Shown here: one piece after another, positions 58,041-64,000 of the stretch | How the letters are laid out: each line of letters begins with the position of its first letter | Position numbering within the stretch: position 1 is the first letter of the stretch | From: a virus | Taxonomy: Duplodnaviria > Caudoviricetes | Length of the DNA stretch: 64,000 bases | Virus record (IMG/VR): IMGVR_UViG_3300030708_003042 | Location: 759 to 64,758 of that record | Direction: 5' to 3' (one strand) | Notes under the pieces: model-generated | What the model was told of the DNA's origin: nothing | What the model saw: only the letters and a program-made list of their open reading frames with translations | Databases searched by the model: none | Made by a program: the position numbers and the translations under genes

Positions 58041-58487
58041 ATGACCAGAGCAGTAAATCTTGCCAATTTAGCAGATTCAAGTATTCTTAAACTTGATGGC
58101 GTTAATGACCGTGTTGGTATTGGCAGTACACAACCTACAACAAAACTTGATGTTAATGGTAGCATCAAAGCAAGTGGAGGTTTCTCTGGCACCCTTAGTG
58201 CTAGTCAATTAACAGGATCACTTCCTGCTATTGATGGTTCTCAACTGACAGGTGTCAGTGGATTTGCAGATGCTCTTTCTAGTGATCAAACTTCACCACT
58301 TAATAAGTTTTTTAAAACACCAAAACAGGTGAATATTGGAGCAGGAACATCAATAACTGTTGAATCTGATGCTGCTTCAGGTAACATTGCATTTGTCAGA
58401 GAGAGTGTCATTCATGTTGCAGCAGGTGCAACATTCCATGTAAAGACTAACACCACATTGGCAACCAATGTGCTTGGTGTATTTTGA
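58041..58487 (+). CDS. Short fibre-associated protein
   Basis: RVGIGSTQPTTKLDV, GSLPAIDGSQLT motifs; late box at 58018. Confidence 0.6.
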   Translation: MTRAVNLANLADSSILKLDGVNDRVGIGSTQPTTKLDVNGSIKASGGFSGTLSASQLTGSLPAIDGSQLTGVSGFADALSSDQTSPLNKFFKTPKQVNIGAGTSITVESDAASGNIAFVRESVIHVAAGATFHVKTNTTLATNVLGVF

Positions 58488-58521
58488 TAAATAACAAGTA
58501 GCAAAAGGATTTTAGAGCAAA

Positions 58522-59250
58522 ATGTCTGAAATTAGGGTAGATAAGGTTATTGATGAAGCGGGAACAGGTGCAGTTGAGCTGACTCAAGGTGCAACTCTCC
58601 CTAGTGGAAAGACAATTAGTGGTTCTGGCACCATTGCAGTTAATAGTTCAGGCACTGCTGCTGGTCTGAGTGGAACTCCTGACATCTCTGTAGGAACCCT
58701 TTCTGCCTCTGGAAATGTAACTATTGGTGGAACACTGACATATAATGATGTAACTAATATTGATTCTGTTGGTCTTATTACTGCAAGAAATGGTATCCAT
58801 GTTACCTCTGGCATCACTAGTATCAAGGGTGCTGCAGAGAAGGTAAATGCAGGATCTTATGCTGGTGGTATTTTAACACTTGATGCTTCTACTGGTACAG
58901 TATTCACACATGACTTACAAGGAGCAACAGTTGGTTTAGTATCAATTACTAACTTCCCAGTTGTAACTAACTCATTCCATACAGTCACTGTTATATACAA
59001 CCAGAACTCTGCTGGTACAGGTAATACAACTGCTGCAACTGGTGTAAGTACAAACATCACACTTAATCCTGCTGGTGCATCTGGATTTAGCACCACTGGA
59101 TTATGTGGAACAGGAACCACAGTTACACTGTCAACAACAGCAGAAGACTTTGATATTGTCACATATGGTATTCACTACAATGGTTCAGGGTCAGGAGCAG
59201 TAGGAAACTATAAAGTATTTGTTACTAAGTCTGGTGATTTTAGATATTGA
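58522..59250 (+). CDS. Fibre stalk/adapter protein (pair with 59266)
   Basis: TLTYNDVTNIDSVG; diverged C-terminal adapter domain; late box at 58488. Confidence 0.7.
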   Translation: MSEIRVDKVIDEAGTGAVELTQGATLPSGKTISGSGTIAVNSSGTAAGLSGTPDISVGTLSASGNVTIGGTLTYNDVTNIDSVGLITARNGIHVTSGITSIKGAAEKVNAGSYAGGILTLDASTGTVFTHDLQGATVGLVSITNFPVVTNSFHTVTVIYNQNSAGTGNTTAATGVSTNITLNPAGASGFSTTGLCGTGTTVTLSTTAEDFDIVTYGIHYNGSGSGAVGNYKVFVTKSGDFRY

Positions 59251-59265
59251 TAGGAGGTATCTAAT

Positions 59266-60381
59266 ATGTCAATTTTTAGAGATTGTTTTGTAAAAGAAAG
59301 CCCAATTTTTACTGGTATCAGTAGAGGTGTTGGTGGTTTTGGTTATGGTGCTTCTGGTGGTGCTGCAGGTCCTGCAGGACATGTAGATCATATTAGTGGT
59401 CTTTCAGGTGATGGTACTAAGATTGTTACTGATGGTGTAACTTTCTATCAGGCAAATCATGCAGTTCAACTGAACAATCCTGCCACTGCTCCTAGTTTTC
59501 AGTTTACTACAGCACAACCTTTTTATGTTGCCATGATTGGTGCATCAGGTGCTGCAGGTTATAATAATGCACCTTCTGGATTAGGTGGTATAGGTGTGGC
59601 ATTGGTTACACCAGGTACAAGTACAACATATAGGTTATGGTCTGGTGTTGGTGGATATTGGTCAAATAATAACACATCATCACATGAGAAAGCAGAATAT
59701 AGAGGTGGTGCAGGTGGTATTGGTAACCAAACTGGACTATCAAACACATATAGAATCCAAGGTGGTGGAGGAGGTGCAGGTGCATTAATAAGAGGAACTG
59801 GTGGTCTGAGCTCTTCTGGCAATATATTAGCTATGGTTGGTTCTGGTGGTGGTTCAGGCAATGGTGGTGGTGCTGGAGCTGGTCATGGTGGGGGTTTTAA
59901 TAGAAATGGAGTGACAAAGACAGTAAACGGAACAGCCAATGGGCAAGGTGCAACTACTAGTTCAGCTGGTGATGGTGGAACTTTTAATCCTAATTATGCT
60001 TCTGCTGGCAATGGCGGTGGATTTCTTAATGGTGGACAAGGTGGTAATTCTGATTATGATGCTGGCCATGGTGGAGGATGTGGTTGGTATGGTGGCGGCG
60101 GTGGATCTGGTGGTGGTGGATTCAGTGGTGGCGCTGGTGGCGGTGGATCAGGAAAAACGCAAAATGTGTCAGGGGACACTGTTGACTTAAGTTCTCCTCT
60201 TACAAACACTGCAGATGGTAGTACTACTGGAAGTACTGATTTACAAACTTGGATAAGAGCAGCATCTGGTGTGAATTATGTAATTCCAAATAATGGCAAT
60301 TATGGTATGCAAGCAGATCATTCTGGATCTCGAGAGGGACATGCTGGATGGGCATGTGTATGGTCATACCATGCACTCTAA
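59266..60381 (+). CDS. Glycine-rich adhesin (polyglycine-II-bundle type)
   Basis: VKESPI..GG.G tag; GASGAAG, GGGGGAG, GGGCGWYGGGGG motifs. Confidence 0.65.
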   Translation: MSIFRDCFVKESPIFTGISRGVGGFGYGASGGAAGPAGHVDHISGLSGDGTKIVTDGVTFYQANHAVQLNNPATAPSFQFTTAQPFYVAMIGASGAAGYNNAPSGLGGIGVALVTPGTSTTYRLWSGVGGYWSNNNTSSHEKAEYRGGAGGIGNQTGLSNTYRIQGGGGGAGALIRGTGGLSSSGNILAMVGSGGGSGNGGGAGAGHGGGFNRNGVTKTVNGTANGQGATTSSAGDGGTFNPNYASAGNGGGFLNGGQGGNSDYDAGHGGGCGWYGGGGGSGGGGFSGGAGGGGSGKTQNVSGDTVDLSSPLTNTADGSTTGSTDLQTWIRAASGVNYVIPNNGNYGMQADHSGSREGHAGWACVWSYHAL

Positions 60382-60414
60382 GTCATACTAGTGACAATTT
60401 AAATACTGTCCACT

Positions 60415-60439
60415 GCACCTTGACAAGGTGCTTTTTTTT
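60415..60439 (+). terminator. Intrinsic terminator ending the fibre array
   Basis: GCACCTT-GAC-AAGGTGC followed by T8. Confidence 0.8.
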
Positions 60440-60448
60440 GTCTATAAT
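60420..60448 (+). promoter_or_regulatory. Consensus sigma70 promoter TTGACA-17-TATAAT
   Basis: Perfect boxes, overlapping the terminator. Confidence 0.85.
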
Positions 60449-60485
60449 TGCTTTGTTGCTTTTGAGATCAAGTTCTACGAGCCCT

Positions 60486-60680
60486 ATGAAGACTAAGTTT
60501 GTAACTGTCAAACCCATCAGTGTAAAGGCAAAGAATCGTTTCCATAACTTGATGGATCAACTGCACTCATGTAAAGTAGAACAAGAAGATCAAGAGAAGA
60601 TGTTTCTTGCTTCTATCTCTGGAAGGTATCACTTCTGGATGTCCAAGGAAAATGATGTTAACTGGAGTCTAATTAAATGA
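60486..60680 (+). CDS. Small hypothetical protein (64 aa; true start likely ATG 60486)
   Basis: First ATG after the sigma70 promoter, in the frame of the 60348 ORF. Confidence 0.6.
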   Translation: MKTKFVTVKPISVKAKNRFHNLMDQLHSCKVEQEDQEKMFLASISGRYHFWMSKENDVNWSLIK

Positions 60681-61060
60681 ACTACAACAAGACTTGGGAA
60701 GTAATGTCTGACCTTGAAGATTCATTTAATCGCATTATTGCTCTTGAAAAGATGATTGATGATTTGAATGATGCTGTAAGTGTTGGAGACCAAGAAAGTA
60801 TTGCTGAAGTATCAGAAGCAATGAAAACATTCATGCCTGTCTATATACGACAGTATGAAAAAGCATCACATCGTGCCTGGAACAACACAGTAAGAGAAGT
60901 TGCTAAGGTAGATAACCCTTACAAAACTTCAAGAAATGCTGGTGTTTCTTATGAAGATGTGGTTAAATATCTGGAAACTGACACTTTTGGAAACTATGTC
61001 TCTAGACCCAAAGAAACAACTGAAGACTCAGGAAGTGGAATCAATGAGGAGGGCAGTTGA
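60677..61060 (+). CDS. Hypothetical protein
   Basis: ATGA-coupled ORF in the early cluster. Confidence 0.6.
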   Translation: MNYNKTWEVMSDLEDSFNRIIALEKMIDDLNDAVSVGDQESIAEVSEAMKTFMPVYIRQYEKASHRAWNNTVREVAKVDNPYKTSRNAGVSYEDVVKYLETDTFGNYVSRPKETTEDSGSGINEEGS

Positions 61061-61145
61061 AGAATCAGAAGCAGGTATTAGAGCTATTCATCCTGACAAG
61101 TTGGAAGAATGGGCAGAACATCTTGTCAGAAAACTAAAAAAGTAG
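61044..61145 (+). CDS. Possible 33-aa protein MRRAVEESEAGIRAIHPDKLEEWAEHLVRKLKK
   Basis: Fills the gap in a tightly packed cluster. Confidence 0.4.
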   Translation: MRRAVEESEAGIRAIHPDKLEEWAEHLVRKLKK

Positions 61146-61173
61146 TATAGTAAAGAGGTAATTACAGGAGACA

Positions 61174-61410
61174 ATGAAGTATCTCTATATTATTGATCAT
61201 TTTGTTCCTTTCCCACAATCTGAATATGGTGGACAGTGGAGTGTAGTAGCAGAAAATGATGAGCAATGTTTTGATGTTGTTGTTTGTGAAGATGAGGAAC
61301 TAAATATAGGATGTTATGGTAAACTAAGGCAGAACATCAAAAAGGCATCAAAATTTGCCCTTCAAGACCCAGATCAAAAAAGTAGAGTAATTTCGTCCTT
61401 TCTTACTTAA
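61174..61410 (+). CDS. Hypothetical protein
   Basis: AGGA RBS; PFPQSEYGG.W.VVA motif. Confidence 0.6.
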   Translation: MKYLYIIDHFVPFPQSEYGGQWSVVAENDEQCFDVVVCEDEELNIGCYGKLRQNIKKASKFALQDPDQKSRVISSFLT

Positions 61411-61415
61411 TAGAT

Positions 61416-61646
61416 ATGTCTCAACCTAGACAAAAGGATCCATCTGATCCACTTTATGACCCAAATGACAAGTACAATGAGTACAAAGTAGACTTTCATG
61501 CTAATGAATCACACTCAGAAGATGAGTTTGATGCTGAGCATGATGGAAAGATTGCTGATTGGCACAATAGACACAGAGATAAGGAGTTAGATAAGTTCTG
61601 TGATGATCACCCTGGTTCACCTATGTGTAAAGTGTTTGACGTATGA
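61416..61646 (+). CDS. CP12-like protein (C-terminal Cys pair only)
   Basis: C-terminus LDKFCDDHPGSPMCKVFDV matches the CP12 C-x8-C motif. Confidence 0.6.
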   Translation: MSQPRQKDPSDPLYDPNDKYNEYKVDFHANESHSEDEFDAEHDGKIADWHNRHRDKELDKFCDDHPGSPMCKVFDV

Positions 61647-61828
61647 CTGAAAAAGAGAAGGCAGCACTTGGTCTCATGATTGAGAGCGTACATAAACCAG
61701 ATAGTAAACTAAGGGGTTGCGCCCACAACCAAGAGTGTTATAATGAGTTGATGGAATGGCGTCAAAAGATGCTTGACCTTCTCTATAGTTATGAAAACAA
61801 TGACAAATCTCCCTCATCAAGCACCTGA
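61643..61828 (+). CDS. Hypothetical protein
   Basis: ATGA-coupled ORF. Confidence 0.55.
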   Translation: MTEKEKAALGLMIESVHKPDSKLRGCAHNQECYNELMEWRQKMLDLLYSYENNDKSPSSST

Positions 61829-62075
61829 AGGATATGAATATTGGACTGATGATTTCAGTGCAAAATTTACCAGGGTGTGGATAAGAAACACTGGATATTT
61901 CACTTATTGTGAAGGTCAACCCAGCAGTGTTTGGGGATTCATTAACAAGAAGACTGGTGATATTCATTCACCAGTCAATCATAAAAAAGTAGGGAAGGTA
62001 GTAGATATTACATTGACTTCCCCATATTCTGCTATGGTATTACAATTAAATCCATTAATGGCAGCATTCCAATGA
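61800..62075 (+). CDS. Hypothetical protein
   Basis: P.GY.Y...VWGF...K.G...SPVN.KKVG motif; start uncertain. Confidence 0.55.
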   Translation: MTNLPHQAPEGYEYWTDDFSAKFTRVWIRNTGYFTYCEGQPSSVWGFINKKTGDIHSPVNHKKVGKVVDITLTSPYSAMVLQLNPLMAAFQ

Positions 62076-62272
62076 GTTTAGATCCAAATAGTATTACACT
62101 CAATAAAACATCAAAGTTATTTGAGTTTGAGAAGCAATCCAGAGCGATTGATGAGATAGATGATATCAAGGTGGTAAAAGATTTATTAAAATGTTACATT
62201 AAACTGTATCTCAAACAGCAGGAGACCATTGCAATCATTGGAGCACCTACAGACATCAATGGAGACACGTAA
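62072..62272 (+). CDS. Hypothetical protein
   Basis: ATGA-coupled; FEFEK..R.ID...L.K.Y.KLYLKQQE. Confidence 0.55.
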   Translation: MSLDPNSITLNKTSKLFEFEKQSRAIDEIDDIKVVKDLLKCYIKLYLKQQETIAIIGAPTDINGDT

Positions 62273-62540
62273 AGACAGAATGGCACATGAATATGTGCCT
62301 AAACTTCATGATTATGTCATCTGGCATCATAATAAAACCACAGAAGAGGGATGGGTTTATTATGCTGGAGATGAACACATCTCTATTGAAGTTGGTGTTA
62401 AAGATAAACCAATTTGTGACCTAACAGCACATCACAAACATAGAAAAAATCATATCTTATTAGTTTGTCAAAATTATCATTGGCATGAATTAGAATATGT
62501 CAAACATAGAAAAGACTTCTGGGATTGTGAAGAACAATGA
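62259..62540 (+). CDS. Hypothetical protein
   Basis: GWVYY....ISIEVGVKDK motif; start uncertain. Confidence 0.55.
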   Translation: METRKDRMAHEYVPKLHDYVIWHHNKTTEEGWVYYAGDEHISIEVGVKDKPICDLTAHHKHRKNHILLVCQNYHWHELEYVKHRKDFWDCEEQ

Positions 62541-62664
62541 GTATTTACCTCATGTTATATCATTGTGCTTGATTTTTGTGGCATGTCTTGCTACAATAGC
62601 ACTAGGATATTTCCATGGTAACATGCACTTGCTTACCACACTTAAAAATGCTTACACATCATGA
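62527..62664 (+). CDS. Possible 45-aa membrane peptide (GTG start)
   Basis: Hand-translated; hydrophobic VISLCLIFVACLATIALGY; ATGA coupling to 62661. Confidence 0.4.
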   Translation: MKNNEYLPHVISLCLIFVACLATIALGYFHGNMHLLTTLKNAYTS

Positions 62665-63311
62665 AAAAATTATTAGCATCATTAGCAATTATTGCTAGTC
62701 TTGGAGCACCAGCACTTGCTGATCCTGAGATTGAGAAATGGAAAACACATCATGCCATGGGATGCATGATGCTTGGTGATTGTAAAGAAGGTGTAGAAGA
62801 GATTACAAAGTGGGAGGACTTAGGTCCACAATATGAATCATTTGGTGATGAATTATCACAACTGATTGCTGCTGCTAATAAAGCAGGTATCAAAATTTTC
62901 CTGGCAGAGGACAAATACTTTGTCTTTATGACTAGAGGATTGTATAGTGTTGCTGAAAATACTTTCTTCCTGAACAAAAGATATATTGATAACCCAATGA
63001 TGATGACTAAAGTTATCAGGCATGAGGGATGGCACGCTGTGCAGGATTGCATGGCAGGAACATTAGATAATACTTATACTGCTGTAGTCTTTCAAGATGG
63101 TGTAGTTCCTGATTGGATTGTTAGAGGTGCAGAGAAAACTTATCCAATGAGTGCAGCACCATATGAAGCAGAGGCAATGTATGCTGCATTTGATGATAGA
63201 TTGACTATTCAAGGTTTAGAAGCATGTGCAGGTGACAAACCTATGTGGAAAGTATTCACTCCAACTCCTTTAACAAAGAAATGGTTAATTGAGCAGGGTT
63301 TCTATAAATAA
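62661..63311 (+). CDS. Signal-peptide protein with HExxH metallopeptidase motif
   Basis: MKKLLASLAIIASLGAPALA signal; IRHEGWHAVQDC; E.EA downstream. Confidence 0.65.
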   Translation: MKKLLASLAIIASLGAPALADPEIEKWKTHHAMGCMMLGDCKEGVEEITKWEDLGPQYESFGDELSQLIAAANKAGIKIFLAEDKYFVFMTRGLYSVAENTFFLNKRYIDNPMMMTKVIRHEGWHAVQDCMAGTLDNTYTAVVFQDGVVPDWIVRGAEKTYPMSAAPYEAEAMYAAFDDRLTIQGLEACAGDKPMWKVFTPTPLTKKWLIEQGFYK

Positions 63312-63350
63312 ACACTAGATATGGACAGTCATTGTGCTGTCCATCTGCTC

Positions 63351-63379
63351 TTGACCAAATCAGTCTAATGCTTTAAGAT
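63351..63379 (+). promoter_or_regulatory. Sigma70-like promoter TTGACC-17-TAAGAT with an upstream inverted repeat (63321-63344)
   Basis: ATGGACAG-N8-CTGTCCAT precedes the -35 box. Confidence 0.65.
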
Positions 63380-63403
63380 AACAAAGTAGTTCAGGAGTCC
63401 ACC

Positions 63404-63577
63404 ATGCCTTCCTTCACACTAGCACAGAAGCAACGCTATCGTATTACCCTTGATCTAGATGTATTGAGTGATTTCAATCCACATGAGATTGATTGGGCAA
63501 AATTGCTTGACATTCAAGGTAGTGAAACAGTGGACACCTATGTGGAAGATTTGAGTATGCCTACTGAGTGGCACTAA
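63404..63577 (+). CDS. Small hypothetical protein (57 aa), absent from the ORF track
   Basis: AGGAG RBS; MPSFTLAQKQRYRITLDLDVLSDFNPHEIDW... Confidence 0.6.
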   Translation: MPSFTLAQKQRYRITLDLDVLSDFNPHEIDWAKLLDIQGSETVDTYVEDLSMPTEWH

Positions 63578-63636
63578 ATTTTCCATGCATAGCATGTGTG
63601 TGGTCTAAATAACCATATAGAGTTAGTAGACCACAC

Positions 63637-63828
63637 ATGGCATTTTATATTAAAAAACCACATATCTTAGACAGCAGCAAAGATATGTATTATGAAGGCA
63701 ATCGTCAATGGTCTGATGATGCCTCAAATAAAAAAGATTATGTAGATGCTGATGCTGCTAATGCAGAGATGGTAAATACTGATGGCAAAAATGGTGGTTG
63801 GACTGGCGCACAGGTTCTGTCAGAATGA
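63637..63828 (+). CDS. Small late protein
   Basis: TAAATA at 63606. Confidence 0.55.
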   Translation: MAFYIKKPHILDSSKDMYYEGNRQWSDDASNKKDYVDADAANAEMVNTDGKNGGWTGAQVLSE

Positions 63829-64000
63829 AAACATTTACAGATCTCTTTGAGGTCTATGATCCTGAAGTTCAGGGCAGATCTCAAATCAAAAAGATGGGTG
63901 ATGGTGGCAGAATTCGCCCTGACAGAAAGAAGACTGAACCTGAAAAACGCAGGATGAAAGCAGCAGGTGGGGGCAAGATGGTCCCTGCTAAAGATTACAA
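63825..64000 (+). CDS. 5' part of a basic protein (MKTFTDLFEVYD...), runs off the window
   Basis: ATGA coupling; frame open to the end. Confidence 0.5.
   Translation, partial: MKTFTDLFEVYDPEVQGRSQIKKMGDGGRIRPDRKKTEPEKRRMKAAGGGKMVPAKDY

Larger units (their letters stand above)
53728..58075 (+). repeat. 53 bp exact direct repeats (53728-53780, 58023-58075) flanking the oxygenase plus fibre-pair block
   Basis: Base-by-base comparison. Confidence 0.9.

Noticed and set aside
401-60381. Introns or inteins in core genes
   Set aside because: All core ORFs are continuous; no intein splice motifs or group I intron signatures were seen
60348-60485. Extended N-terminus of the 60348 ORF
   Set aside because: It spans a terminator and a consensus promoter; ATG 60486 is the more plausible start
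533-63052. Many antisense and nested ORFs in the six-frame track (e.g. 533-1051, 8217-8825, 15000-15380, 46454-46888)
   Set aside because: They are shadows of long sense genes with biased codon use; no RBS, promoter or recognisable motifs

Overview
This is a 64 kb segment of a T4-like cyanomyovirus (Kyanoviridae-type) genome, AT-rich and strongly CpG-depleted. Order: gp32 SSB; an oppositely oriented gp53-gp48-ORF-gp4 block; gp54, gp26, a small gp51 missed by the ORF track, two tape-measure-like genes (one with an Amidase_2-like domain), a gp27-like hub, a very large gp5 lacking a lysozyme domain and its downstream partners; a small island with tRNA-Leu(UAA); a ~39 kb array of virion fibre/adhesin genes (21.5-60.4 kb) driven by TAAATA late promoters; and a cluster of small sigma70-driven early genes including a CP12-like protein. 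Most notable observations: (1) a T-TTT-TTC slippery site that would fuse gp26 to gp51 by -1 frameshifting, in the position of the lambda G/GT chaperones between tube and tape-measure genes; (2) a modular fibre system with six stalk/adapter plus adhesin gene pairs and four 7-blade propeller paralogues whose framework DNA is shared out of register; (3) direct repeats and gene-end relics bracketing whole cassettes (fibre plus subtilase; two 2OG-Fe(II) oxygenases plus fibre pair); (4) CpG-rich patches confined to adhesin domains. All family calls come from motif recognition without database searches. Repeat and CpG counts were done by hand.
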